NCBI GenBank assembly: GCA_019635755.1
Contig: JAHBYW010000002.1
Location: 627,591 to 691,590 of the forward strand
Length of the DNA: 64,000 nt
Source: Rhizobiaceae bacterium
Lineage (GTDB): Bacteria; Pseudomonadota; Alphaproteobacteria; Rhizobiales; Rhizobiaceae
Direction of reading: 5' to 3'
Numbering within the stretch: the first letter of the stretch is position 1; each line of letters opens with the position of its first letter. The position numbers and the translations under genes are program-made. The notes beneath the pieces were generated by a model. It worked only from the letters and a program-made list of their open reading frames with translations. It made no database searches and had not been told where the DNA came from. Below, piece by piece: positions 23,444 to 34,622 of this stretch.

Positions 23444-26287
23444 ATGCCATCCGAACCGCACGTCGCCCTGTCGCGACCGGTTGCCGACGAGGTCCGCAAG
23501 ACGACCTGCTACATGTGTGCCTGCCGCTGCGGCATCGACGTGCACATCAAGGACGGCAGGATCCGCTACATCGAGGGCAACCGCGACCATCCGGTCAACA
23601 AGGGCGTGCTCTGCGCCAAAGGCTCGGCCGGCATCATGCAGCACTACGCGCCCGCCCGGTTGCGCGCGCCGCTGAAACGCCTCGGCCCGCGCGGCTCCGG
23701 CCAGTTCGTCGAGATCAGCTGGGACGAGGCACTGCAAACGGCGACGACATGGCTGGACGAGGTGCGCCAGAAGGATCCGAAGAAGCTCGCCTTCTTCACC
23801 GGGCGCGACCAGTCGCAGTCGCTGACCGGCTTCTGGGCGCAGCAGTTCGGCACACCGAACTACGCCGCGCATGGCGGTTTCTGCTCGGTCAACATGGCCG
23901 CTGCCGGCATCATGACGATCGGCGGCGCGTTCTGGGAGTTCGGACAGCCGGACTGGGACCGCACGAAGCTGTTCGTCATGTTCGGCGTCGCCGAGGACCA
24001 TGATTCCAACCCGATCAAGATCGGCCTCTCGAAGCTCAAGAAACGCGGCGCGCGGTTCGTCTCGGTCAATCCGGTGCGCACCGGCTATTCGGCCATCGCC
24101 GACAACTGGATCGGCATCCGGCCGGGCACCGACGGCCTGCTGGTTCTCGCCGTCGTCCATGAGCTGCTGAAGGCGCGGAAGATCGACGTCGACTATCTGG
24201 TCCGCTACTCGAACGCGCCATGGCTGGTGGTCGACGCGCCGGGTGCAGCCGACCACGGCCTGTTCGCGCGCGACGCCGACGGCAATCCGCTGATCCATGA
24301 GACGGTGACGGAGCAGGTGGTGCCGGCCGGTTCGAAGGGGGCCCGGCCCGCGCTCTCCGGCCGCCACGAACTGCCCGACGGCCGTTTCGCGGTACCCTCG
24401 TTCCAGCTGCTGGCCGAGAAGTATCTCGACCCGAAGTACGCGCCGGAGCGCGCGGCGGCCGAGACAGGCGTCGACGCCGGCACGATCCGCGCGCTGGCGG
24501 CGGAAATCGCGCGCGTCGCCTTCGACGAGGCCATCGAGATCGACCAGCCGTGGACCGACATGCACGGCGTGCAGCATCAGGGTTTTGTCGGCCGGCCGGT
24601 GTCGTTCCATGCGATGCGGGGCATCTCGGCCCATTCCAACGGGTTCCAGACCGCGCGGGCGCTGCACCTCTTGCAGGTGCTGATCGGTGCGGTGGACTGC
24701 CCAGGCGGCTTCCGCTTCGAGCCACCCTATCCGAAGCCGCTCGACGCGCATCCGACGCCGCACGGCAAGGCCGAGCATTTCGGCTCCAACAAGCCGCTGT
24801 CCGGCCCGCATCTCGGTTTTCCGCGCGGGCCGGAAGATCTGCTGGTCGACAAGGACGGCAAGCCGAACCGCATCGACAAGGCGTTCTCCTGGGACGCGCC
24901 GATCGCCGCGCACGGGCTGATGCACATGGTGATCGCCAACGCCCATGCCGGCGATCCGTACCCGGTCGATCTCCTGTTCCTCTACATGGCGAACATGGCG
25001 TGGAACTCGTCGATGAACACCGCCGGCGTCATCAGGATGCTGGAGGACAAGGATCCCGCGACCGGCGAGTACAGGATCCCTAAGATCATCTATTCCGACG
25101 CCTATTCGTCCGAGATGGTCGCCTATGCCGATCTCGTGCTGCCGGACACGACCTATCTCGAGCGCCACGACTGCATCTCGCTGCTCGACCGGCCGATCTC
25201 GGAGCCCGACGCGGTGCAGGACGCGATCCGCTGGCCGGTGGTGGAGCCCGACCGCGACGTCCGCGGTTTTCAGACCGTGCTGATCGACCTTGCCGCGCGG
25301 CTCAGGCTGCCCGGCTTTGTCGACAGCCGGGGCAGGGCGCTCTACGCTGACTATGCCGACTACATCGTGCGCCACGAGCGGCGGCCGGGCATCGGGCCGC
25401 TTGCCGGGTTCCGCGGCGCCAACGGCGATCGCGCCGGGCGCGGCGCGGCCAATCCGGACCAGCTGAAGCGCTACATCGAGAACGGCTCGGTGTTCGTCAC
25501 CCACATCCCCGCCGAGGCGCAGTTCTTCAAGCACGCCAACAAGGCCTACCAGGACTTCGCGGTGAAGATGGGCTTCTTCGACCAGCCGAAGCCGGTGACG
25601 TTCCAGCTGTACCAGGAGGTGCTGCAGAAGTTCCGCCTGTCGGCCGAAGGCGTGCGCGAGCCGGTCGCGCCGGAAACCCATCGCGCGCGCATCCTCGGCG
25701 CCTTCGATCCGCTGCCGGACTGGTACCGGCCCTTCGAGGAAGCGGGCGTCGATCGCGAGGCGTTCCCGTATCACGCGATCACGCAGCGGCCGATGGCGAT
25801 GTACCATTCGTGGGGGTCGATGAATGCGTGGCTCAGGCAGATCCACACCAGGAACATGCTCTACGTTCCCGGCGCGATCTTCATCCAGCACGGCCTGAAC
25901 GACGGCGACTGGGTCTGGCTCAGCTCCCATCACGGCCGCATCAAGGTGCAGGTGGCGCGCACCGACGCGGTCAATGGCGACACGATGTGGACCTGGAACG
26001 CGGTCGGCAAGCGCGGCGGCGCCTGGGCGCTCGACAAGGATGCTCCGGAGGCGACGAAGGGCTTCCTCATGAACCATCTGATCCACGAACTGCTGCCGCC
26101 CAAGGGCGACGGCATGCGCTGGTCGAACTCCGACCCGGTGACGGGGCAGGCGGCCTGGTACGATCTGCGCGTCCGCATCGAGAAGGCGGAGCCGGGCGAG
26201 GAGAGCCAGCCGCATTTTCCGGCCGCCGTGTCGCCGGTTCCCGCCGGGGCATCCGAGCTTCGGTACGGGCAGGAGTGGGCGGAATGA
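23444..26287 (+). CDS. Molybdopterin (bis-MGD) oxidoreductase catalytic subunit, DMSO-reductase family. No Tat signal.
   Basis: Trimmed to the ATG at 23444, preceded by GAGGAA. The N-terminal 4Fe-4S motif is C-x2-C-x3-C-x27-C (TCYMCACRCG...VLCAKG). It is about 947 aa with molybdopterin and MGD-binding regions. The N-terminus has no RRxFLK or hydrophobic h-region. Confidence 0.8.
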   Translation: MPSEPHVALSRPVADEVRKTTCYMCACRCGIDVHIKDGRIRYIEGNRDHPVNKGVLCAKGSAGIMQHYAPARLRAPLKRLGPRGSGQFVEISWDEALQTATTWLDEVRQKDPKKLAFFTGRDQSQSLTGFWAQQFGTPNYAAHGGFCSVNMAAAGIMTIGGAFWEFGQPDWDRTKLFVMFGVAEDHDSNPIKIGLSKLKKRGARFVSVNPVRTGYSAIADNWIGIRPGTDGLLVLAVVHELLKARKIDVDYLVRYSNAPWLVVDAPGAADHGLFARDADGNPLIHETVTEQVVPAGSKGARPALSGRHELPDGRFAVPSFQLLAEKYLDPKYAPERAAAETGVDAGTIRALAAEIARVAFDEAIEIDQPWTDMHGVQHQGFVGRPVSFHAMRGISAHSNGFQTARALHLLQVLIGAVDCPGGFRFEPPYPKPLDAHPTPHGKAEHFGSNKPLSGPHLGFPRGPEDLLVDKDGKPNRIDKAFSWDAPIAAHGLMHMVIANAHAGDPYPVDLLFLYMANMAWNSSMNTAGVIRMLEDKDPATGEYRIPKIIYSDAYSSEMVAYADLVLPDTTYLERHDCISLLDRPISEPDAVQDAIRWPVVEPDRDVRGFQTVLIDLAARLRLPGFVDSRGRALYADYADYIVRHERRPGIGPLAGFRGANGDRAGRGAANPDQLKRYIENGSVFVTHIPAEAQFFKHANKAYQDFAVKMGFFDQPKPVTFQLYQEVLQKFRLSAEGVREPVAPETHRARILGAFDPLPDWYRPFEEAGVDREAFPYHAITQRPMAMYHSWGSMNAWLRQIHTRNMLYVPGAIFIQHGLNDGDWVWLSSHHGRIKVQVARTDAVNGDTMWTWNAVGKRGGAWALDKDAPEATKGFLMNHLIHELLPPKGDGMRWSNSDPVTGQAAWYDLRVRIEKAEPGEESQPHFPAAVSPVPAGASELRYGQEWAE

Positions 26288-26311
26288 GGGGCGGCTCGTG
26301 GTGTCACTTAC

Positions 26312-26400
26312 CCCCACCCCTAACCCCTCCCCGCAAGGGGGAGGGGAACGCTGCCGCGAACGGATTCCCCTCCCCCTTGCGGGGAGGGGTTAGGGGTGGG
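26312..26400. repeat. Mosaic palindromic element, type B: CCCCCACCC + hairpin CCCCTCCCCGCAAGGGGGAGGGG + spacer + hairpin CCCCTCCCCCTTGCGGGGAGGGG + GGGTGGGGG.
   Basis: A near-perfect 89-nt composite inverted repeat is read directly. It sits exactly between the alpha and beta subunit genes. Confidence 0.8.
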
Positions 26401-26429
26401 GGTACGCGGACGGCGACAGGATCAGCACC

Positions 26430-27191
26430 ATGACCTCGCTCCCGTCGCTTCCCACGCCGAAGAAACTCGGCCTCGTCATCGACCTCGACGTGTGCGTCGG
26501 CTGCCATGCCTGCGTCATCTCCTGCAAGGAATGGAACACCGGCGGCTACGGCAACGCGCTGTCGGACCAGGACCCCTATGCCGCCGACGTGTCCGGCACG
26601 TTCCTGAACCGCATCCACACCTTCGAGGTTCTGCCGGAGGATGTGCAGGTGGTGGGCGAGGCGGGCGACGCGCGCATCGTGCATTTCCCGAAATCCTGCC
26701 TGCATTGCGAGGACGCGCCCTGCGTCACCGTCTGCCCGACCGGAGCCTCCTACAAGCGCTCGGCCGACGGCATCGTTCTGGTCGACGAGGACAAATGCAT
26801 CGGCTGCGGCCTCTGCGCCTGGGCATGCCCCTATGGCGCGCGCGAGATGGACCTGGCGGCCGGTGTCATGAAGAAGTGCACGCTCTGCGTCGACCGCGTC
26901 TACAACGAAACCTTGAAGGAGGTCGACCGCATTCCGTCCTGCGTCCGCACCTGTCCGGCGAATGCCCGCCACTACGGCGACCTCGCCGATCCGGAATCGG
27001 CGGTGTCGATGATGGTGGCGGAGCGCGGCGGCATCGACCTGATGCCGGAGCAGGGAACGCGGCCGGTCAACAAATACCTGCCGCCGCGCGCCCGCAAGCC
27101 GCTGGCGGGCGGCCTGCCTGCCGCGGCCGACGATATTTCGGGCGCGAGCGGCTTCTTCGCCTGGCTCGACGGCATGCTGGATCGGCTCTGA
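26430..27191 (+). CDS. 4Fe-4S ferredoxin-type iron-sulfur subunit (DmsB/PsrB-like) of the molybdoenzyme.
   Basis: 253 aa with four Cys clusters (CVGCHACVISC, CLHCEDAPC, CIGCGLCAWAC, CTLCVDR...). Confidence 0.85.
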   Translation: MTSLPSLPTPKKLGLVIDLDVCVGCHACVISCKEWNTGGYGNALSDQDPYAADVSGTFLNRIHTFEVLPEDVQVVGEAGDARIVHFPKSCLHCEDAPCVTVCPTGASYKRSADGIVLVDEDKCIGCGLCAWACPYGAREMDLAAGVMKKCTLCVDRVYNETLKEVDRIPSCVRTCPANARHYGDLADPESAVSMMVAERGGIDLMPEQGTRPVNKYLPPRARKPLAGGLPAAADDISGASGFFAWLDGMLDRL

Positions 27192-27195
27192 ACGC

Positions 27196-28110
27196 ATGCA
27201 TCCGGCCGCTTCGATCATCGTCTTCACGACACTGTCCGGTCTCGGCTACGGGCTGGCCGGATGGCTGGGCACCGGCGTGCTGGCGCCTGAGTTCCTTTCG
27301 ACGAAAATCCTCCACGGCCTCGCGCTGGTGCTCATCTCGCTCGGCCTGCTTTCGTCCACGCTGCATCTCGGCAACCCGCAGCGGGCGTGGCGCGCCTTCT
27401 CGCAATGGCGCACGAGCTGGCTGTCGCGCGAAGGCGTGCTGGCGGTGCTGACATTCGTGCCGCTGACGCTCGCCGCCTATCTGTCGATCTTCGAGGACCG
27501 CGCGATACCGGCCGTCGGTCTCATCGGCACCGCGGGCTGCATCGCCACCGTCTACTGCACCGCGATGATCTATGCGTCTCTCAGGTCGATCGACGCGTGG
27601 CACAGCTGGCTGACGCCCGCCTGCTACCTGATCTTCGCCGCGACCGGCGGCCTGCTGATCGCCGGGCTGGGCACGATCATGCGCTACGAATCGTCGACCG
27701 CGCTGTCGCTGCCGGCGATCCCGCTGCTGGCACTGGCCTGGGGCTTCAAGGCCGCGTGGTGGCGGCGCCTTCGCGCGCTGCCGTCCACCTCGACGCCGGA
27801 GAGCGCGACGGGCCTTGGCGCGATCGGCCGGGTCCGGCTGTTCGAGCGGCCGCACATCAATGACAACTACCTGACACGCGAGATGGGCTACCGCGTCGCG
27901 CGCAAGCATGCGGCGCGGCTGTCGCGCCTCGCCGTCGTCTATGGCGGCGTCGTGCCGGCGCTGCTGCTCGGGCTCACAGCCATCGCCGGCGGCGGCGCGC
28001 CGACGCTCTTCTTCCAGTTCGGGGCGGTGCTGCTCTTCGGCCTCGGCGTCGCGGTGGAGCGGTGGCTCTTCTTCGCCGAGGCGCGCCACGCGGTGATGAA
28101 CTACTACTGA
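27196..28110 (+). CDS. DmsC/NrfD-like integral-membrane anchor subunit.
   Basis: 304 aa with about eight hydrophobic segments. It starts 4 nt after the Fe-S subunit stop. Confidence 0.65.
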   Translation: MHPAASIIVFTTLSGLGYGLAGWLGTGVLAPEFLSTKILHGLALVLISLGLLSSTLHLGNPQRAWRAFSQWRTSWLSREGVLAVLTFVPLTLAAYLSIFEDRAIPAVGLIGTAGCIATVYCTAMIYASLRSIDAWHSWLTPACYLIFAATGGLLIAGLGTIMRYESSTALSLPAIPLLALAWGFKAAWWRRLRALPSTSTPESATGLGAIGRVRLFERPHINDNYLTREMGYRVARKHAARLSRLAVVYGGVVPALLLGLTAIAGGGAPTLFFQFGAVLLFGLGVAVERWLFFAEARHAVMNYY

Positions 28111-29051
28111 GGCCGGACACCGCGCGCCGGCCGCAGGATCTGCCAGCGCTTGTGGAACCACATCCACTGGCCAGGATCCTCGCGCACCCAGCGCTCCACG
28201 GTGTCGTTGAGAAGCTGCGCGGTGCCGACGAGGTCGAGCGTGCCGTCGGCGTTGCGCGGCAGCGTCAGCTTCTCCTCGACCTCCAGCCGGAAGCGGTTGC
28301 CGGGCAGCCGGATCGAGCGGGCCGGATAGACGTCGCAATCGAACTGGCGGGCGAGCTTGGGCAGCAGCGGGCTGGTCTGGCACGCGCGGCCGAAGAAGGT
28401 CGTCGGCAGGCCGCGGTCGAACTTCTGGTCGACCAGAACGCCGACATTGCCGCCGCGCTCCAGGATGCCAGCCAGCGAGAAGGCGGCGCCCGAGCGCGAG
28501 GCGATCAGCCCGCCCATGGTCGAGGTGCGCGCCGCCATCAGCTTCTCGGCGAGGTAGGGATTGTTCGGCGGCCGGAACATCGCCGTCACGTTCAGGCCGA
28601 ACGTCGCGGCGGCGACCGGCAGCAGCTCGAAATTGCCGACGTGGCCGGTGAAGATGATGTGCGGACGGTGCTCGCGCGCGATGCGCTCGAAGATCTCCGC
28701 GCCGGCGACCTCGATGCGGCCGGGCGTCGTCTGTCCGGGCCGATAGTCGAAGATCTCGTCGAGATAGATGTACTCCGCGACCAGCCGCGCCATGTTGCCC
28801 CACATGTCCGACGCGATGGCTTCGAGTTCGGCCTTCGACTTTTCCGGATAGGCATGGCGCAGATTGTCGAGCGCGACGCGGTGGCGGCCGTACCAGGGCC
28901 CGAGCCTGCGGGCCCAGCGGTCGGTGAGGGTCAGGGCGCGGTCGACGGGCAGCCGCTGCAGCACGCGCATGATCGCGAACGCCGCCTGCGCGATCAGCCA
29001 GTAGTTCAGGCGGCGCAGTCCCTGCCTTGCCTGGACGAGGAGACGCTGCAT
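28104..29051 (-). CDS. lpxXL: Lipid A very-long-chain-fatty-acid acyltransferase (LpxL/HtrB family).
   Basis: 315 aa lauroyl/myristoyl acyltransferase fold (HVGNFE motif). It is the last gene of the acpXL cluster in Rhizobiales. Confidence 0.7.
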   Translation of the reverse strand: MQRLLVQARQGLRRLNYWLIAQAAFAIMRVLQRLPVDRALTLTDRWARRLGPWYGRHRVALDNLRHAYPEKSKAELEAIASDMWGNMARLVAEYIYLDEIFDYRPGQTTPGRIEVAGAEIFERIAREHRPHIIFTGHVGNFELLPVAAATFGLNVTAMFRPPNNPYLAEKLMAARTSTMGGLIASRSGAAFSLAGILERGGNVGVLVDQKFDRGLPTTFFGRACQTSPLLPKLARQFDCDVYPARSIRLPGNRFRLEVEEKLTLPRNADGTLDLVGTAQLLNDTVERWVREDPGQWMWFHKRWQILRPARGVRPQ

Positions 29052-29061
29052 CGCCGCCGCT

Positions 29062-30090
29062 TCAGCCGACGCGAAGGATGATCTTGCCGAACACGTCCCG
29101 GCCTTCCATGCGCTTCAGCGCCTCGCCGATGCCGTCGAAGTCCACCTCCGTGTCGATGACCGGCGAGACGAGGCCGGCGGCCATCTTCTGCATGGCGTTG
29201 GCCATGTTCTCCATGCGACAGCCGAACGAGCCGATGATCCTCAGCTGCTGCTGGAACAACTGCATCAGGTTCATGGTCGTGGAGACGCCCGAGGTCGAGC
29301 CGCAGGTGACCAGCCGGCCGCCGCGCTTCATCGACAGGATCGAGCCCGCCCAGGTGTCCGCGCCGACATGCTCGAAGACAACGTCGACGCCCTTCTTCTT
29401 CGTCAGCTTGCGGACGGCGCCTTCGAACCGGTCCTCGCGGTAGTTGATCACGTGGTCGGCGCCGAGCGCCTTCGCCTTCTCCATCTTGTCGGCGGAGCCG
29501 ACCGTGGTGATGACCGTGCAGCCGAGCCTCTTCGCCAGCTGGATCGCGGCGGTGCCGATGCCCGAGCCGCCGGCATGGACGAGGATCGTCTCGCCGGGCT
29601 CCAGCTTCGCGTTGTCGAACAGCATGTGCTCGACCGTGCCGAAGGTGACGGGCGCGACCGCCGCGCCGACGGGGTCGACGCCGGGCGGGGCGGGGACCAG
29701 CAGGCGCGCCGGCAGGTTGATCTTCTCCTGCGCGAAACCGTCGAGGTGGAAGCCGTGCACGCCCGACACGTGTTCGCACAGATTGTCGCGGCGCTCGCGG
29801 CACGGGCGGCAGAGCCCGCAGGTGCGGGCGCCGTAGATCGAGACGAGCTGGCCGGGGGAGACGCTGGCGACGCCGGGGCCGACCGTCTCGACCACGCCCG
29901 AGGCCTCGGCGCCGATCGTCAGCGGCAGGGTGCGCTTGGCGAAGGCCATGCCACGCCAGCCCCAGACGTCGATATGGTTCAGCGCCACCGCCCTGACGGC
30001 CAGCGTCACCTCGCCATGGGCGGGCGGAGGCGGCGGCGGCACGTCGCGCTGTTCCAGGCGGCGATCCTCGATGAGCTGTAGCGCGCGCAT
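29062..30090 (-). CDS. adhA2XL: Zinc-type alcohol dehydrogenase / quinone oxidoreductase-like protein of the acpXL cluster.
   Basis: 342 aa MDR superfamily member (GxGxxG-like AGGSGIGTAAIQLAK). Its position between fabF1XL and lpxXL matches the Rhizobium, Sinorhizobium and Brucella order. Confidence 0.65.
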   Translation of the reverse strand: MRALQLIEDRRLEQRDVPPPPPPAHGEVTLAVRAVALNHIDVWGWRGMAFAKRTLPLTIGAEASGVVETVGPGVASVSPGQLVSIYGARTCGLCRPCRERRDNLCEHVSGVHGFHLDGFAQEKINLPARLLVPAPPGVDPVGAAVAPVTFGTVEHMLFDNAKLEPGETILVHAGGSGIGTAAIQLAKRLGCTVITTVGSADKMEKAKALGADHVINYREDRFEGAVRKLTKKKGVDVVFEHVGADTWAGSILSMKRGGRLVTCGSTSGVSTTMNLMQLFQQQLRIIGSFGCRMENMANAMQKMAAGLVSPVIDTEVDFDGIGEALKRMEGRDVFGKIILRVG

Positions 30091-30127
30091 CAGCGACCTT
30101 TGCGGAAGAGGAGGTTTTCCATGCGGC

Positions 30128-31396
<1,269 letters not shown>

Positions 31397-31407
31397 GTGA
31401 ACGATCC

Positions 31408-32586
31408 TCAGGCCGCCGACAGCAGGGCGGCACCCTCGAAGCGGTGATAGCCGATCGACGTTGCCACCGCACGCGCCGGCGTGCCGGCGAACGGCCTTTC
31501 GGCGGCGGGGTCGAAGGGCGGATAGGCGGCGCCGTTCTTCAGCGCCAGCGCGGCCAGCGCCACCGCGAAGGGGAACTGCGCTTCCTTGACGTGGCCGACG
31601 GCGCTCGCCATGCCGCGATAGGCCGCGCCGGTGCGGTCAAGCGCCGCCTTCTCGGCCGAGGTCGCCGCGTGCGCGCCGGACGCCCCCGAAACGACCAGCG
31701 TGTCCGATCCGGCGCCGAGGGCGCCGATGAAGTCGGCGATCCGCGCCGGGAACGCGCCGTCGCGACGGGCATTGCCGGACACGACCTGGTCGATCGAGGC
31801 ATAGGCCCCGCGGCCTCGCTTCTCCGCGTGATCACGGGATTCCAGCACCAGGAAGGCCGCGCCCGACCCGGTCACCACGCCGCCGCCCTCGGTTCCCGAC
31901 CGCTCCCAGACCGGCTTCCAGTCGCCGCGGTTCAGGTAGCCGCCGAGCTCGTAGGAGAACAGCATGTCGGGATGCTCGGTCTGGTAGGCGCCGCCCAGCA
32001 GGAGATGCGTCGACTGACCCGAGCGGATGCGCGCCGCGCCGGTCTCCAGCGCCGAGATGCCGGCGCCTTCCTCGCCCATGAAGGTGCGGGACGAGCCGAT
32101 CACCTTGTGGACGATGGAGATGTTGCCGGCGAGCAGGTTGGAGAGCTGGGCCAGGAAGAGCGTCGGCCTGAGATCCGTCGTCAGCTTCTCGTTCAGCAGG
32201 ACGCCGTGGTCGGCCCGCGCCTCGGATGCGGCGAGGATGGACGCGTCCACGGCCTCGTCGCGTTCGCCGCCGCCGGCCGCCACGATCAGGTCCATCGCCG
32301 CGCACAGCGTCTCGTCGCCCTTGATGCCGGCGTCGTCCAGCGCCACGCCGGCGGCATAGGTGCCCAGCCGCTGCCACGTCTCCATCTGTCGGATATCGCC
32401 GCGCTTGGCGATCTGCTGGCTCCAGTCGATCTCGGGCAGCGGATGGATCGTGTAGGGGCGGAAGCGCTCGCGGTCGATCACCGGCGCGGGGCTCGGCGCG
32501 GTCAGCGCCGTCCAATGCGCGTCGGCCCCGACGCCCAGCGACGAGACGAGGCCGATACCGGTGATGAGGACGTCGTGCGAGGTCAT
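31408..32586 (-). CDS. fabF2XL: KS-like partner of FabF1XL, a condensing-enzyme homolog lacking the active-site Cys (chain-length-factor-like).
   Basis: 392 aa thiolase-fold protein. It has no Cys where the catalytic Cys would sit (AAFLVLES). It lies directly downstream of acpXL. Confidence 0.7.
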   Translation of the reverse strand: MTSHDVLITGIGLVSSLGVGADAHWTALTAPSPAPVIDRERFRPYTIHPLPEIDWSQQIAKRGDIRQMETWQRLGTYAAGVALDDAGIKGDETLCAAMDLIVAAGGGERDEAVDASILAASEARADHGVLLNEKLTTDLRPTLFLAQLSNLLAGNISIVHKVIGSSRTFMGEEGAGISALETGAARIRSGQSTHLLLGGAYQTEHPDMLFSYELGGYLNRGDWKPVWERSGTEGGGVVTGSGAAFLVLESRDHAEKRGRGAYASIDQVVSGNARRDGAFPARIADFIGALGAGSDTLVVSGASGAHAATSAEKAALDRTGAAYRGMASAVGHVKEAQFPFAVALAALALKNGAAYPPFDPAAERPFAGTPARAVATSIGYHRFEGAALLSAA

Positions 32587-32616
32587 CCGGCCTTGTCGGT
32601 CAGCCGGGCAGGGCCA

Positions 32617-32647
32617 GTCAAGTGTCAGGCCCGGTCAAGTGTCAGGC
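32617..32647. repeat. Tandem direct repeat GTCAAGTGTCAGGC x2 (spacing 17 nt) in the acpXL-fabF2XL spacer. The second copy overlaps the acpXL stop codon.
   Basis: Read directly: ...cagtcaagtgtcaggcccggtcaagtgtcaggcggcc... Confidence 0.6.
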
Positions 32648-32923
32648 GGCCTTGGCGGCGACCAGTTCGTCGATCTTGGCGCAGAGGTTCTTCATGAGGA
32701 AGTACTCCTCGGTCGAAACCTTGCCGTCATTGACGTTCTGCGTCCACTTCTCGAGCGGGACCTTGATCCCGAACTCCTTGTCGATGGCGAAGACGATGTC
32801 GAGGAAGTCCAGGCTGTCGATGCCGAGATCGTCGATGGTGTGGCTCTCCGGCGTGATCGTCTCGATGTCGATCTCGCTGGTGTCCGAAATGATTTTCGCG
32901 ACTTTCTCGAAGGTCGTTGCCAC
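32642..32923 (-). CDS. acpXL: Specialised acyl carrier protein for 27-hydroxyoctacosanoate of lipid A.
   Basis: 93 aa. The phosphopantetheine site [14 protein letters not shown] is present. Identity to rhizobial AcpXL holds along the whole length. Confidence 0.85.
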   Translation of the reverse strand: MATTFEKVAKIISDTSEIDIETITPESHTIDDLGIDSLDFLDIVFAIDKEFGIKVPLEKWTQNVNDGKVSTEEYFLMKNLCAKIDELVAAKAA

Positions 32924-33116
32924 GTCGTGAGATTCCCTTGGATTTGAGCCGCCGAGGCAAGGAGCCGGGGCATTCAGACATGCGTCCGGACGGCGGACGC
33001 GGGCGTTCGACCGGCTCTCTAGTCGTTTTTTCCGGGCAGGAAAAGGGTCAATTGCGGCTTCCTGTTGCAGCGCAGCAACGGACGGGCCGCCCCTGCGGGC
33101 AGCCCGTCCGGCGCGA

Positions 33117-34259
33117 TCAGCTCTCGCGCAGCTTCACAAGGTCGTTGAGCAGGCCGCCGGTGCCGTTGTGCACCGTCAGCCGCTCGACCTTGCCGGCGAT
33201 GGCCTCCAGCGCCTCGAGTTCCTTGAGGCGCAGCATCACCGGGTTCTCGGCCATCACCTTGGCCGTGTTGAGCAGCGAACGGGTGGCGTTCGTCTCCTCG
33301 CGGCGGCGGATGATGTTGGCCTCGGCCTGCTTCTCGGCCGCCACGACCTGGTTCAGGATTTCGCGCATCTCGCCGGGAAGGATCACGTCCTTCAAGGCGA
33401 TGTCCGACACCTCGACACCGATCGCGGCCATCGCGGAGCGGACCTCCGCGGCGGCTTCCGCGTCGACCGTCACCTTCTTCTCGAGAATCTGGTCGAGGGT
33501 GAGCGCGCCCAGCGTGCGGCGGAACGCGAACTGCAGCGCGCGGTAGAGCGCGGCCGCATAGTTCGCGACCGCGGTGACCGCCAGCAGCGGGTCCGTCACG
33601 ACATAGTCGGCCGACAGGTTGACCCGGATCGTCACCCGATCCTTGGTCAGCAGCTCCTGGCCGGTGATGTCCACCACCTGCCGGCGGGTCTCCACCGTGC
33701 GCACCTGGATCGTCCGGCCGACGGCCCAGAAGCCGTGCGTGCCGGGCTTCAGCGTCGCCATGTAGACCCCGTCGACGAACAGCAGCCCGGCCTGGCCTTC
33801 GATGACCGAATGCACCGAAACCAGCTCCGTCGCCTTGACCCGCACGAGGCGGCGCAGCAGGCCGGGCTCGACCTCCAGGGTCGACGCAACGTCCATGCTG
33901 GTCGCCGTCCAGGGACCGGCTTCGCTCCACACGACCAGCCGCTTGTCCGGGCCGAGCACCCAGGTGATGAAGCCGTCGCGCTCGACGATCGCCACCTCCG
34001 TCGGTCCGGTGCGGAAGACGCTCAGATACTTCGCCACCGCCTCCGGCTTCTTGGCGAAGAGCGCGCGCTCGTAGGGCGAGGCGAAGGTGTAGTTCGCAAG
34101 GTCGTGGCGCTCGACTTCGAGGCTTCCCCCGTCATTGGGCAGCCAGTGGTCGCCGGCGCCGTAGATGCCCAGCACTTCGCCCTTGTGCAGGGCCACGGCG
34201 CGTTCGTTGTCGCGCACCCGCACGCGCTTGCGGCCAAGAAGAACATCCAGGATCGTCAT
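33117..34259 (-). CDS. SPFH / band-7 (stomatin-prohibitin-like) domain protein.
   Basis: The ORF was trimmed to the ATG at about 34259 ([11 protein letters not shown]...). It has an SPFH core and a C-terminal coiled-coil region ([14 protein letters not shown]). A longer N-terminus up to 34454 is possible but low-complexity. Confidence 0.65.
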   Translation of the reverse strand: MTILDVLLGRKRVRVRDNERAVALHKGEVLGIYGAGDHWLPNDGGSLEVERHDLANYTFASPYERALFAKKPEAVAKYLSVFRTGPTEVAIVERDGFITWVLGPDKRLVVWSEAGPWTATSMDVASTLEVEPGLLRRLVRVKATELVSVHSVIEGQAGLLFVDGVYMATLKPGTHGFWAVGRTIQVRTVETRRQVVDITGQELLTKDRVTIRVNLSADYVVTDPLLAVTAVANYAAALYRALQFAFRRTLGALTLDQILEKKVTVDAEAAAEVRSAMAAIGVEVSDIALKDVILPGEMREILNQVVAAEKQAEANIIRRREETNATRSLLNTAKVMAENPVMLRLKELEALEAIAGKVERLTVHNGTGGLLNDLVKLRES

Positions 34260-34552
34260 CGTCGTCACTCCTGCCGGGTTCCAGCCGGCCTGTTTCGTCG
34301 TCATGCTGCCCGGCAGACCCGGGGACCGGTGGCATCCGCGTGCGGCGGGTTCGCGGGAGCGGGCGTCGAAGCGACGGGGACGGGCTCGATCGGCCGCAGC
34401 CTCTGTCGCCGGTTCCCGCGCGTCTTCGCCGTCACCGCGCGCCGGGCTGCGCACGGACGGCTCGGATCTCTGCCTGCCGTGCCCGAGGGCTTGGCCGGCA
34501 TCGGTCCTCGCATTCCGGTCCCCGGGCCGTCGTTTGGAACAGCTTGGAAGGC

Positions 34553-34622
34553 TGGTGGAGAAGGAGTCGAACCTTCAACAATCAGATTACAAGTCTGATG
34601 CTCTAACCCATTGAGCTATCCT
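34553..34622 (-). tRNA. tRNA-like element with a tRNA-Thr(UGU) body. The D-arm, anticodon arm (CTTGTAA loop) and T-arm (GGTTCGACTCC) are intact, but there is no complementary 5' acceptor strand. Probable tRNA fragment or pseudogene.
   Basis: Folded by hand from the reverse complement. The 3' strand TCCACCA has no partner, and the 5' side abuts the CCA of the neighbouring tRNA-like element. Confidence 0.4.

Noticed and set aside
23288-26317. 1009-aa ORF on the minus strand covering the molybdoenzyme gene
   Set aside because: It is antisense to a well-supported gene. The translation is R/A/P/G-rich low complexity with no motifs, which is the typical high-GC shadow ORF.
32587-32641. Possible tiny fabZXL remnant ORF in the acpXL-fabF2XL spacer
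   Set aside because: The spacer is only 55 nt and consists of a 14-nt tandem duplication. No hot-dog-fold motif is encoded.
34260-34454. 65-aa N-terminal extension of the SPFH protein
   Set aside because: Low-complexity, Arg/Ala/Pro-rich. The SPFH homologous region starts at MTILDVLLG. The extension is kept as a possibility only.
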